Notes under the pieces: model-generated | Databases searched by the model: none | Seen by the model: the letters and a program-made list of their open reading frames with translations, nothing else | What the model was told of the DNA's origin: nothing | In this document: positions 47,636 through 58,384 of the stretch, in pieces | Layout: each line of letters starts with the position of its first letter | How positions within the stretch are numbered: the first letter of the stretch is position 1 | Source: a virus | Virus record (IMG/VR): IMGVR_UViG_3300034685_000168 | Span: 1 to 64,000 of that record | Strand: one strand, 5' to 3' | DNA length: 64,000 bases | Made by a program: the position numbers and the translations under genes

Positions 47636-48408
47636 TATTCATCTCCTTCATTTTCAGTATTTCCACCCATTCTTCTAGAAAACTCTTCATAAGTTATAAA
47701 TATATCTTTTTTATTTTTAACAATATCTACAACTTCTTCTGGAGTTAAGATACCATCTTGTTGAGCTTTATTCATAAAAACTTCTGTCATATAATCTTGT
47801 AAACTAGATTCTGATTCAATATTTACAGTCGTATTACCTGCAACCCCACCAGAACTCATATGAAACATTATAACAGTACCAGGGAGTATTATTCTATTAT
47901 GACCAAATAACCATATTCCAGAACCCATAGATGCAATTATACCAAATCCAACTGTGGTTATTTCTGCTTTACACCTAGTTATTGCTGAAATCAAACTACT
48001 ACCACCATTAACATAACCACCGGTACTATTAATAAGGAAAAATACTTCATCATTTTCTGTTAATCTATCTAATACCATTTCAATACATCTATAAAAATAA
48101 AATAATTCTATACCACCAACAATTACTATAAATACTGTTAAATTACCCGATTCATTAGGTAATATTTTAACAGTAAAAGAAGGAAATTGAACATCATCTG
48201 GCCAAGCATCTATTGTATTTTTATCTAAAAAATCTTTTAATGGTATTTCTTGATCTAATAATTTATTGTTAATAAAATTATTTTGAATTATTTCATTGAA
48301 ATCAATATTAGATTTATTATTTATATTACCAAAAGATGGAGAAAAATTATTATTAATTGGATTAATACTATTAATATCTGTTTTATTTTTATTTATAACA
48401 AATGACAT
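47635..48408 (-). CDS. clpP: ClpP-family serine protease
   Basis: LINSTGG, IASMGS (catalytic Ser), IMFH (His), KDIF (Asp); start moved to MSFVIN after AAGGAG. Confidence 0.9.
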   Translation of the reverse strand: MSFVINKNKTDINSINPINNNFSPSFGNINNKSNIDFNEIIQNNFINNKLLDQEIPLKDFLDKNTIDAWPDDVQFPSFTVKILPNESGNLTVFIVIVGGIELFYFYRCIEMVLDRLTENDEVFFLINSTGGYVNGGSSLISAITRCKAEITTVGFGIIASMGSGIWLFGHNRIILPGTVIMFHMSSGGVAGNTTVNIESESSLQDYMTEVFMNKAQQDGILTPEEVVDIVKNKKDIFITYEEFSRRMGGNTENEGDE

Positions 48409-48409
48409 T

Positions 48410-49288
48410 TTAATTATTTTCTCCTTTATATAGAATATCAAACAATGATAATCTTTTGCCTTTGGAAGATACTATTTGTTTTTTTCTTTTATCTATAAAA
48501 GATATTGCATCACTATAACTAAAAGACTCATCTAATAATATTTTTTTAATATCATCTATTATATTAGAATGCATTCTAATATTTCTATTATTATCATAAA
48601 TCATTTCAGCTAATGTGAGTGTTATATCATATTCTTCTTTTAAAGGATCAACTTCAGGAAACATATTGTTCATAATAGTTGTAGCATCATTTTCTATCAT
48701 TTGAAATCTTTTAGATGCTACTTCAAATCCAGGTATATCACAATGGTCTATTGTTTTTGCCGCTCTCACAGGAAGATATCCTGTTTTAGGATCTTGTTTT
48801 CCAACAAATGTTCTGATACTAAAAGCCGTGTTCATATAAGGATCTTCTAATGATTGTCTTAAATAATCACCATATGGACCAAATGGTTTAAAATTTAAAT
48901 ATAAAGTTTTTTTATTATTAATTTCTTTTCCTGGATTTATTTCTCTAATATAATGTGATACTAATGTTGAGTCTATAAAGAAACATCTTTCTACCCATTC
49001 ATTCATTGGTCTATTGTTTCTTTTTGGATGTCTATATTCTCCATAACAACCACCTTCTAATATAGATTTAGCCAACATTCCAACACTTGGGTCTAATAAA
49101 TGTTGAGATAAAGTGATTGGGTCATATAACCCTTCTCCTTGTCCTCTAAATTTAGTATCAAGTTGGATAAATGGAACATTATAGTATCCTTCTTGAGAAG
49201 GTTTAGCTTGTTTTAAAACATACCCATTAAGTTCTTTTGCTACTTTAATTGACTTGTAAAATAATTTATTTAATCTTGTATCACTCAT
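48410..49288 (-). CDS. Prohead (head maturation) protease (phiKZ gp175-like)
   Basis: GEYRHP, VSHYI, KPFGPYG, NTAFSIR, TID...PG motifs. Confidence 0.9.
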   Translation of the reverse strand: MSDTRLNKLFYKSIKVAKELNGYVLKQAKPSQEGYYNVPFIQLDTKFRGQGEGLYDPITLSQHLLDPSVGMLAKSILEGGCYGEYRHPKRNNRPMNEWVERCFFIDSTLVSHYIREINPGKEINNKKTLYLNFKPFGPYGDYLRQSLEDPYMNTAFSIRTFVGKQDPKTGYLPVRAAKTIDHCDIPGFEVASKRFQMIENDATTIMNNMFPEVDPLKEEYDITLTLAEMIYDNNRNIRMHSNIIDDIKKILLDESFSYSDAISFIDKRKKQIVSSKGKRLSLFDILYKGENN

Positions 49289-49313
49289 AATTATTTTATC
49301 CTTTTTTATTTAT

Positions 49314-49991
49314 TTAATCTCGTAATAAACTTTCTAGCTCAGAAGTATTACTTGTTGGATTAGCTAATGAAGCATCTTCACCTAAACTTGCATAGTTACC
49401 ACCTATTCTACTAAGTGATGTCATAGCGGCATGGTAAGGTCTTCCAACAGGTACAAATACTGGTTCTGATTTTTGTTCAGTGTCCTTATATAATAACATT
49501 GGATTATCTTTATCTCTGTAACAATACATTAACATCATTTCAAAAGATAACCTATCGGAGTTAAAATTAATATTAAGTAATTCTTCTGTATTTTCGAATA
49601 ATTTAATAGCATTATTAAATGATAACCACTTAGGAACATTCCCTACTTTAATAAATTCATTAAATAAATTACCAACATTAGATGACTTAGGGATATATTC
49701 TTCGGATACTAAAAATACATCATTTTTTTTATATATTAAATATACCATATTATTACCATCTATATTTTTAGTTATTATATCTGATGGTATTGTTTCTATA
49801 GTAGCTTGGAAATTATAACCAACTTTAATAGAATCATTAATAGTCATTGTAAAAATACCTATACATTTTACAACTTCTTCTAATTCTAACCAACCTATAT
49901 TTTCAAATCTTTCGGGTATTTCTATTTCTAGTTTATCACCTATAAATAAAACACTACCATCTTTTTGTCTTTTAAAATAATCTTTATACAT
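49314..49991 (-). CDS. Virion RNA polymerase beta' C-terminal fragment (phiKZ gp176 / SPN3US gp244-like)
   Basis: GNVPKWL and C-terminal SRIGGNY..G..ASLANP...ELESLLR resembling beta' region H; adjacent to the prohead protease. Confidence 0.7.
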   Translation of the reverse strand: MYKDYFKRQKDGSVLFIGDKLEIEIPERFENIGWLELEEVVKCIGIFTMTINDSIKVGYNFQATIETIPSDIITKNIDGNNMVYLIYKKNDVFLVSEEYIPKSSNVGNLFNEFIKVGNVPKWLSFNNAIKLFENTEELLNINFNSDRLSFEMMLMYCYRDKDNPMLLYKDTEQKSEPVFVPVGRPYHAAMTSLSRIGGNYASLGEDASLANPTSNTSELESLLRD

Positions 49992-51273
49992 AATTTAATC
50001 CTTTTATTTTTATTAGATTAAAAGAACCTTCATTAAGATTTATACCTATTTCTTCTGGTTCATTACAATAACTAGTATATAATCTTTCATTATTGACTCT
50101 ATCTACGAGGTATTGATCTTTATGTGGTTTTATAAAATAAAAATAATCTTTTAATTGTCCTTTATGTCTAACATAATTTACCATATCTAAATTACTATTG
50201 CGTTGTAACAATGATTGATTAGTAAAAATTTTAGATTGGAATAAATTCTTTAATCCTATTCTTGGAATATTATTAATTTCTACAAATACTTTACTATCTA
50301 CCAAAATAACAAAAGAGTCAAAACTATATTCTTCATTCCAAAATTTAGTAATCATATCTTTTACTGAATAAGGAATAACGGCATTTAATTTAGCTGGTCT
50401 AAATTTATTTTTTCCATAATCAGATATCATCATAGCTTCTATAGGAATATCATTTAAATTTAACTCAATATTGCTTGTATTATAATGATATTTATTAGGT
50501 AATATTAATCTACCATTAATTACTAATAAAGGAGTTTTATTAACTAATTCATTTTCATTGAACTTTATTTTTAATTTACCATTAAATCCATTATCTAAAT
50601 CAATAGAACTATAATCTATATTTAATTCATTAAATTGTTTAATAGTAAAATTATTAAAATTACTAAAGTCTAATAAAAAAGTTCCACCATTATCTTCTTG
50701 TAACTCTTTAGTTGCATTTAAAATATAATATTCATTATTAATAATTTTAAAAGGTAAAAACTTTCCATTAATATTAAAAATACAATTGTTTAAATTAATA
50801 ATATCTGAATAAAATAATTCAGGTATTTTAACTCTTAAATCTTTAGGTTTTTTGATTAAATATTCTCGTTTAACTAAGTGTGGTTTTTTATAATTAGCTT
50901 CTTGTATAATAATATCTTTTATATATTCTATTGGTATTATTTTTAATAAACTATTATAGTTATCTTTATTAACTTCTATATATTTATTAATTCTATTACC
51001 ATCTTTAAAATAAATTATTTCTCCTCTAGGAATGTTAGATTTATAATTATTTAGATCAGTAATTGTTATCTTAGATAAAAAGTCTTCCCATGTAAAAGCT
51101 CTTATTTTTTTAGCATTAATTAATTTATTATAATTTATATTAATATTATTTATTGTTAATATAATAGTTTTATTATTAGATAAAGAATTAAGTATTTCTT
51201 GATAAGTAAAAAAACTATATTCATAAGTTTTTATTATATGGTTTTCTAAAAAAGTAATATATGTTAGTTCCAT
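49984..51273 (-). CDS. Putative virion structural protein
   Basis: CIFNING.F and KTPLLVINGRL repeats; within the late morphogenesis operon. Confidence 0.5.
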   Translation of the reverse strand: MELTYITFLENHIIKTYEYSFFTYQEILNSLSNNKTIILTINNININYNKLINAKKIRAFTWEDFLSKITITDLNNYKSNIPRGEIIYFKDGNRINKYIEVNKDNYNSLLKIIPIEYIKDIIIQEANYKKPHLVKREYLIKKPKDLRVKIPELFYSDIINLNNCIFNINGKFLPFKIINNEYYILNATKELQEDNGGTFLLDFSNFNNFTIKQFNELNIDYSSIDLDNGFNGKLKIKFNENELVNKTPLLVINGRLILPNKYHYNTSNIELNLNDIPIEAMMISDYGKNKFRPAKLNAVIPYSVKDMITKFWNEEYSFDSFVILVDSKVFVEINNIPRIGLKNLFQSKIFTNQSLLQRNSNLDMVNYVRHKGQLKDYFYFIKPHKDQYLVDRVNNERLYTSYCNEPEEIGINLNEGSFNLIKIKGLNYV

Positions 51274-51319
51274 AATTAAGTAATCTCCATATTAATTAAA
51301 TTTAATTATATATAATGTC

Positions 51320-51349
51320 TATAGGTAGGAAGATATCTTCCTACCTATA
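51320..51349 (-). terminator. Perfect palindrome, probable terminator
   Basis: TATAGGTAGGAAGAT|ATCTTCCTACCTATA. Confidence 0.7.
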
Positions 51350-51354
51350 ACATA

Positions 51355-52938
51355 TTATTTAATTTCTACAGGTACTCCATAAATAGGATAATAAACATCA
51401 TTAATCTTTTCTAAAAATTCCATTATTACTATTTTATTTTTATATTCACCTGGAATATTTTCAGTAATAAAAATATCAGTATTATAATCTATTATAGCTT
51501 TTGGTATACTCAATATAGCTTGGCCAGTTACAGCATCTAATATATTAAAATGAGTTGGTTCTATGGCTGTTGATTCCCCATTATCTGGATTATAAGGTGG
51601 ATTAGCATTATAATAAAATGAATCTAAAAATATAGTAGAATTATGAAATTCTGTTTCTGGAATATTATACAATTGTGTTGTTTGATTATATATTAATCTA
51701 GGTCTTGGAGTATTTTGTCCTATTCCACCATAACTATCTATAACAAATGGTGTATTATTAGAGAATGTTGTAAGATTAATAAATCCTGTTTGATTAGTAA
51801 ATACTAAAGCATTATCTGTAATGTTAAATTCAAATGGTTGTATAGAATTTATTAATGTTAAATTAATATTTTTAATCCAATTTATTTTATTAGTAACATC
51901 TCTTATTGCTTTGGTTCTATCTTTCATATATGCTCTAAGTATTAAAGACCATTTGCTTGTATTATGATCCCATTGTGGAATAATAGATACTTTACCAACA
52001 GTACTAATTTCTATAGGACTTACAACTACCCATTTTTCTGCAGTAATATGATTACTATTAAGATCTAATAAATTAGTATTTAATTCTGATGTATCGGGTG
52101 GAAAATATTTAGCTATTATTTTAAATCTTGTTTGAAAATATGGTGGTATTAATTCATCTATACCATAAACAAAACAATCTAAATTATTTACATCCACAGC
52201 TAATTCTGCACCATCTGCATAAATTAATGTTGGATAAATACCTATTTCATAAGGATCTTGATTTTCATATAAAATTATTTCTTCTCCAACATCTTGAGAA
52301 GATCTAATAATAAAATCTACTATAGGATTTTCTACTACAGGAAGTTGATTAATTACAGTAGATGAAGTACTAACTACCATAATACGCATAACATATTCAT
52401 CAGAGTTATTATAAATTTCTATTTTAAATACATCATTATCTTGTATATCATAATTAGTATAACATGGACTGCAAGTATATATATTATCTACATTAGATTC
52501 TACTAAAGGAATTTTATAAGTAATAGATTGATCACTAGGATCTATATGATATCCAACATCAACCCAATTTTCATTTATATACTTTTTTAATTTATAATAA
52601 TAAGAGTTTAATCCAAATATAGGAATTTTATTATCTACTATTAATTTAGTTGGTATTACTTCTTTATTGTAATATAAAAAGAAAATATCATTTCCATAAT
52701 CAATTAAATATTCAGATTCCACAGTTTCAAAAAAAGCAGTAGCATAAGTAACTTTATATCTTTCATCTATAGATTTAACACGTCTATAATATCCATTTTG
52801 ATCAAAAACAAAAGCTCCTATTTCAGGAACTATCTTACCCACAGCTAAAGAATTAGTTGTATGTATATCCGGATCATAAATATTTACAATATTATGTATT
52901 TCAGGTTTTTCTCTATGATTTAATCTTAACTGAACCAT
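51355..52938 (-). CDS. Virion/baseplate protein (phiKZ gp26-like)
   Basis: Size, synteny and FYY...P......E..A.EPTHF motif. Confidence 0.6.
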   Translation of the reverse strand: MVQLRLNHREKPEIHNIVNIYDPDIHTTNSLAVGKIVPEIGAFVFDQNGYYRRVKSIDERYKVTYATAFFETVESEYLIDYGNDIFFLYYNKEVIPTKLIVDNKIPIFGLNSYYYKLKKYINENWVDVGYHIDPSDQSITYKIPLVESNVDNIYTCSPCYTNYDIQDNDVFKIEIYNNSDEYVMRIMVVSTSSTVINQLPVVENPIVDFIIRSSQDVGEEIILYENQDPYEIGIYPTLIYADGAELAVDVNNLDCFVYGIDELIPPYFQTRFKIIAKYFPPDTSELNTNLLDLNSNHITAEKWVVVSPIEISTVGKVSIIPQWDHNTSKWSLILRAYMKDRTKAIRDVTNKINWIKNINLTLINSIQPFEFNITDNALVFTNQTGFINLTTFSNNTPFVIDSYGGIGQNTPRPRLIYNQTTQLYNIPETEFHNSTIFLDSFYYNANPPYNPDNGESTAIEPTHFNILDAVTGQAILSIPKAIIDYNTDIFITENIPGEYKNKIVIMEFLEKINDVYYPIYGVPVEIK

Positions 52939-52943
52939 AAGTT

Positions 52944-55553
52944 TTATTCCTTATCTTCTACTTTATCTATAGGTAGAATTTCTTTTATTTGTTGTATTTG
53001 TTTATAAATTTTAGCAGTTACATTAACTGGTGTATGAACAACTTCCATATCAATAAAATCTAGATTTACTGATTTATTAAATATAATATCTCTGTTTTTG
53101 ATATGTTCATAAAAATAAAAATGTATTTTAGTAGTTTCATTAGAAAATGTTTTTGGTATTTCTATTTCACCATTTATTAAATCCTCTATTAAATTTTGTG
53201 TATAGATAGAATACAAATGATATTCTTCAGGTATAAGAAGTATTTCTTTTTGAGTAAGTCCTATATGTCCATTAAGAAATCTCATAACATCAAGCATTAT
53301 TTGTATATGTTCTAATAATTGAAATTGTGGTATTTGATCTAATATATATTTATTAAATCTTGTGAATAAACTATATAAAGTTCCTGGTTTAGATTTATCT
53401 GATTCATTATTACTTATGTAATTAGTATATACATTAAAATTATTAATTGATTTTCCTCTTATATATAAATCAGACAATCCTTTAAAAAATGATTCAGCAA
53501 AAGGTAATATATCTTTATTTTCATATATGAGAAAATCTTTATGTTTAAATAAACTTTTACCAGATAAAGTGTATACTTCTATATCGTTTTTTGTTATATC
53601 ATCATAATTAATATATTCTATTGTATATATACATAATTGATTAAAACACAATTTACCATTTAAATATAATGGTTCAATTTTATAATCAATTCCTTCTGTT
53701 AAATAATACCCATTAAAAAATACTATATTTTCATTAATATTTATAACTGGTATATTTTCATTAAATATTAAATTTATAACTAATGCTTGGTTATTAATTA
53801 ATTTATTTTCTAAATTATATTTATTATAAGTTATGTTCCCATTATCTATTTCATATTTGGGATATATAACAAATTCATTATCTACTTCTGTGTTTTTAAA
53901 TGTTAATCTTTTATTTTCTTCATCTATATTTTCAACAAATAAAATATCAGATATATTATTTATTTTATCCCAATAAAAATTATAAATTTTATGATCCATT
54001 CCATTAGATTTAAATATAGGGAAATTAATTCTTTTATATATAACAAAATCAGTATAATTTATATCTATTGACATATCATCTATAATAGGTTTTTTATATA
54101 ATCCATTATTGGGAATATGTTCTAATAATTTTATTTCATGTATTAAATTATCTCCGTTATAATCTTCATTAAAATTTATACTAACCATACCAGTTTCTGT
54201 ATTATCTTCATATGTAAAATTATCATTATTTATTTTAACACCATCTTTAAATATAAGAGGAATTGTTTTAATATCTTGCCATAACAAATCTTTACGTAAC
54301 CATATTTCAGTAAAAGTTGTATTTATTTTTAAATTATATTTATTTATAGCAATTAACGATAGTGTTTTAAACAACCCTAATATATTAACATAAGTATTAA
54401 AATTATGATCTTTTGAAGAAAAATCATATAAAGTTTTTAAATAATTTGTATTCTCTAAAAAAGAAGCTTTCCAGAAATTAGGTTTATTAATTCCTATATC
54501 ATTAAAAAAACTATCCTCACACAAGATTTCTATTATATTAGAATCAGATAAAGAATATAATTTATTTATATAGTATTTATCTTGTTCCATGTAATTATCG
54601 TTATCTTCAGGAAAACGAATATGAATCTCTATGTATACATCAGTTGTATTTAATATAGATTTACCAAATGTAATTAAATATTCAGGTATACTAAAATCAT
54701 TATGAGTAACTTGTTTAGGTGGTTTGTTATATATAGCATCATTAACTATTATACCTTTATGATTATCTTTTCTTCTTACATAAATCATTAATGAGTTAAG
54801 AGTTATTATTTTATTATCTTTATTTAATTCTTTTGGTATATGTATTAAAAATCTATTTTCTAATAAATCATCTTCATAATATCTACCTTGATTAATATCT
54901 GTTATATCTATTTTACATTTATTTTTTATATCTTCATCTATAAGAATTTCTATAAAGTCACCATTTTTTATTTCTGATGTAGTCATACTATCAACTAAAT
55001 AACCATTATGAAAACATATATTATTTTTTATTTTGTTAATAATATTATTTTTATTAGAAGAACTTGTAATAAAATAGTTTTCTACAAATAAATTAGTATT
55101 TTTAACTATATCTTTCCATGTTTTTAAATATATATCTAAGCTTTTTATATTAAGTTTTTTATAAGCTTTTTTATTTATTATTATGACAAAATATTCATCA
55201 AGTAAATTAAAATTTAAATAAAAATTATCTTTTGGAATCGATTTGCCTTCTCTACTTATTAATTCACAATATCGTCTTTTATCATTAATAAGTTCATTAC
55301 CAGAATACCATTTATCTTCATAATTAAAAGATAAATCGAATAATAAATTTTTATCAAAATAAAATACATAATAAGGACCGTTATCTGGTAATTTATGGTT
55401 TTTACCAAATAGATAAAAATAATTAGTTTGTGATCTTGTATGTAAATATGATAATTTTATATTATTCCTATAATCTTGATGTTCTTCATTCCATATATTC
55501 TGTGTAACATATGATTGTAAATACCTAAGAACTCGTTGGTTATTGAAATCCAT
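52944..55553 (-). CDS. Virion/baseplate protein (phiKZ gp27-like)
   Basis: NIW....QD, VTHNDFSIP, W.A..LE, FFNGYYLTEGIDY motifs; synteny. Confidence 0.65.
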   Translation of the reverse strand: MDFNNQRVLRYLQSYVTQNIWNEEHQDYRNNIKLSYLHTRSQTNYFYLFGKNHKLPDNGPYYVFYFDKNLLFDLSFNYEDKWYSGNELINDKRRYCELISREGKSIPKDNFYLNFNLLDEYFVIIINKKAYKKLNIKSLDIYLKTWKDIVKNTNLFVENYFITSSSNKNNIINKIKNNICFHNGYLVDSMTTSEIKNGDFIEILIDEDIKNKCKIDITDINQGRYYEDDLLENRFLIHIPKELNKDNKIITLNSLMIYVRRKDNHKGIIVNDAIYNKPPKQVTHNDFSIPEYLITFGKSILNTTDVYIEIHIRFPEDNDNYMEQDKYYINKLYSLSDSNIIEILCEDSFFNDIGINKPNFWKASFLENTNYLKTLYDFSSKDHNFNTYVNILGLFKTLSLIAINKYNLKINTTFTEIWLRKDLLWQDIKTIPLIFKDGVKINNDNFTYEDNTETGMVSINFNEDYNGDNLIHEIKLLEHIPNNGLYKKPIIDDMSIDINYTDFVIYKRINFPIFKSNGMDHKIYNFYWDKINNISDILFVENIDEENKRLTFKNTEVDNEFVIYPKYEIDNGNITYNKYNLENKLINNQALVINLIFNENIPVININENIVFFNGYYLTEGIDYKIEPLYLNGKLCFNQLCIYTIEYINYDDITKNDIEVYTLSGKSLFKHKDFLIYENKDILPFAESFFKGLSDLYIRGKSINNFNVYTNYISNNESDKSKPGTLYSLFTRFNKYILDQIPQFQLLEHIQIMLDVMRFLNGHIGLTQKEILLIPEEYHLYSIYTQNLIEDLINGEIEIPKTFSNETTKIHFYFYEHIKNRDIIFNKSVNLDFIDMEVVHTPVNVTAKIYKQIQQIKEILPIDKVEDKE

Positions 55554-55557
55554 ATTT

Positions 55558-56568
55558 TTATATTCCTTCTAAAGTAGAAAGAAACAATCTTGATTTTAAT
55601 AATGAAGATATTAATTCTTCTACATCTGACATTAATTTAAAAGTATTAAGTGGCTTTCTATGCCAATCTTTATTACCACCAACTATCTTTAATAAATGAC
55701 TAACCCAATATGGTGGATATTCTATGGCTATCATTAATTCTGTACTGTTATTGTGGGATATACTAAAACTTCTCATTAGATAATATTCATTAAATCTATC
55801 TTTTAGTATAGGAATTAATTTAATTAATCTTTTACAAAACTCGACAATGGTCATTGGTTCTGTAATTTTATAATCTAATAGAAATTCATTTAATATATTT
55901 TCCATTTCTATTTTAGATAAATTAATTTTTAATTGTGTTAAAACGAAAGGAGAAAAAAAATCATCTTGATCAAATTTATACAATCTAGTAAAGTAAAACC
56001 AAGCAAATAACATCCGAACCATTTCAATATCTCTAACATTATTAAGTAAACGTATAGTTGATGTAATAATCATATTATAGGATTGAACTATTGTTTTTAA
56101 AATACTTTTTTCTAACCACATAGGAATATTTTTATTATTTAAAAAAGTTTCATATGATAGAAAAAGTGTATATTTCATAATTAGTTCATGAAAAGCATCG
56201 AGATTATTTATCTCAACATCATCGTCACTAAATTTTTTCTTTTTAATAAAAGGTGTAATATTAACAATAACTTTATTATTATGTATTATAGGAATATCAG
56301 AGATATTAAAAACATCAGGAATACTATCAGAGTTTATATTAGATAAATCAATTAATTCAAATAAACCAGTTAAATCATTTTGTACTACATAATTAGTTAT
56401 GACTTTAGCTGGATTTTCAACTAGTGTTTTTTTCTTAAAGAAAATATTTTTATTTCTTGTGTTTAAAACACATTCATTATGCTTTTTTAAGAATATAATT
56501 GCTTTATTAGTTTGTTCTTTAACGTTATGGATTTTAGTAAATGATGTATTTTCAAATTTATTTTTCAT
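55558..56568 (-). CDS. Virion protein (phiKZ gp28-like)
   Basis: AIEYPPYW motif; divergent from the sheath gene. Confidence 0.55.
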   Translation of the reverse strand: MKNKFENTSFTKIHNVKEQTNKAIIFLKKHNECVLNTRNKNIFFKKKTLVENPAKVITNYVVQNDLTGLFELIDLSNINSDSIPDVFNISDIPIIHNNKVIVNITPFIKKKKFSDDDVEINNLDAFHELIMKYTLFLSYETFLNNKNIPMWLEKSILKTIVQSYNMIITSTIRLLNNVRDIEMVRMLFAWFYFTRLYKFDQDDFFSPFVLTQLKINLSKIEMENILNEFLLDYKITEPMTIVEFCKRLIKLIPILKDRFNEYYLMRSFSISHNNSTELMIAIEYPPYWVSHLLKIVGGNKDWHRKPLNTFKLMSDVEELISSLLKSRLFLSTLEGI

Positions 56569-56659
56569 TTGTAAGCTCCTATGCTTAATTAAAATATGTT
56601 TAAATATATTATTTATTAATTTACTTATAAAATTATAAAAATATATAAGGAGAATAATA

Positions 56660-58354
56660 ATGCCTACTTATTACCACCCAGGTTATCTTATCAATACCAT
56701 TGATACTGGATTATATGTACCTGTTGAAGAAATCGTAAGATCTCTTCATAGACCATGTGTTTTTATGTTTACTCAATCTGGACCTTATAACAAACCAGTT
56801 TGGGTTAATAACATCACCGAAGCTAAACGTATATTTGGTGAAGAAACTTTCAATAAGTTTAATTCTGAATATTTTAGTAAAGAATCTAGATTAGCTGAAA
56901 CCTTTTTCCCTCATCATGGTTGTTATATAGTACGACTATTACCAACAGATGATTTTCAGGTTAGTGGAGAACAACCAGAAAGTGCTAGAGTAATTCTTGC
57001 ACTAGATATAACTGAATCAAAATTAACTAATTACCAACGTAATTTAGATGGATCATTTGTTCTAGATGGTGCTGGTAATAAAGTCGTTGATCCTGATACA
57101 CCTTCTGTAGAAGGATTCAAATTCTTTTTTCATTATAAATATGTGTCTGATGCAGATTGGACTACCAAAACTACACAAGAACTATTAACTAAATCTACAC
57201 CTACTCCTGGTACTACATCATATAACATTATGTTAATTAATGATATTTACCCAGGTAAAGATGGTAATAGATTTGGATTTAATTTCTATAGAGATATTGA
57301 AGCTTATGACTCTAATTTCATAGATGAAATAAAAGCTATGATGTACACATTTAAACCTAAGAAAAAGGTTTATAATAATGTACAAGTTACTCCTATGTTA
57401 GATAAATATAATAGTGTTTTTAATAATTTCAGTTTAAAAGAAAATACTATTGATCCCAATACTAATATAGAACTAAGTATTGATAAAGTACTTGATAATA
57501 AATATGATAATTTTAATTATGAGTTTGTAGTTAATACTGAATTAATAAAAGAAATAGGTAATCTATATTTAGCTAAAAGACAAGTTATAGATGGAACAGA
57601 AACACCTGGGTATATCGATGGTGGAATACTTGTAGATGAGCCGTTTATGATAGATTTTATTAATTTCAAAGATTTTAATGGTAATCCACTTATTGGTACT
57701 GAAAAAGAAGCTATAGAAGATCAACCTGGACTTAACCCCATTACTAAAGATACTATCATTTATCTTGATGGTGGTAAAGATGGTAATAAAACAGATACTA
57801 CTAAAGAATTTCTTATTAGTGAATTCTGCAAAGCTACATTATTCCCTGATATACTAAATAAAGCTAAATACCCTATTACTCATATTTATGATATGGGTTA
57901 TACAATAGATACTAAAAAGAAAATGCTTGATTTTATGGCAGTGCGTGATGACGTAAGTGTTACAACAGTAACTCAGGTATTTAGTATTGTTGCCAAAATG
58001 GCAATGCCAGTTATTGTTGATGTTGATAGTGCTGCTAATATTACTGATGTTAAATTAGGAATCGCCGCACCCGAATTTATTAATGGCGATGGAACTGTTA
58101 CAAGTATTTACTTAGAATTAGAAAATACAGATACATCTACATTATTATACGATGGTCCAATAGAGTTTAGTACATTAATACCAACTAAAGAACTAGAACA
58201 AGCATCTGGTGATTATTGGATTCCTATGATAGATCTTACATTAAACCCTGGTATTGGTACTGGAAATTTCCGTGCTAGAATTAAATTTACTGATAACAAC
58301 GGTGTTGAATCTGATTTCTCTCTATGGAAATCTTTTAGTGTTGTTGGTGTTTAG
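56660..58354 (+). CDS. Contractile tail sheath, N-terminal part, with appended Ig/FN3-like domain
   Basis: GP...P......RIFGEETF, YLDGGKDG, YPITHIYDMGY..DTKK....AVRDD match the phiKZ gp29 sheath; the last ~122 aa are unrelated and beta-rich. Confidence 0.85.
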   Translation: MPTYYHPGYLINTIDTGLYVPVEEIVRSLHRPCVFMFTQSGPYNKPVWVNNITEAKRIFGEETFNKFNSEYFSKESRLAETFFPHHGCYIVRLLPTDDFQVSGEQPESARVILALDITESKLTNYQRNLDGSFVLDGAGNKVVDPDTPSVEGFKFFFHYKYVSDADWTTKTTQELLTKSTPTPGTTSYNIMLINDIYPGKDGNRFGFNFYRDIEAYDSNFIDEIKAMMYTFKPKKKVYNNVQVTPMLDKYNSVFNNFSLKENTIDPNTNIELSIDKVLDNKYDNFNYEFVVNTELIKEIGNLYLAKRQVIDGTETPGYIDGGILVDEPFMIDFINFKDFNGNPLIGTEKEAIEDQPGLNPITKDTIIYLDGGKDGNKTDTTKEFLISEFCKATLFPDILNKAKYPITHIYDMGYTIDTKKKMLDFMAVRDDVSVTTVTQVFSIVAKMAMPVIVDVDSAANITDVKLGIAAPEFINGDGTVTSIYLELENTDTSTLLYDGPIEFSTLIPTKELEQASGDYWIPMIDLTLNPGIGTGNFRARIKFTDNNGVESDFSLWKSFSVVGV

Positions 58355-58384
58355 TAAAAATAACAATTAAGGAGATAGTTTAAA

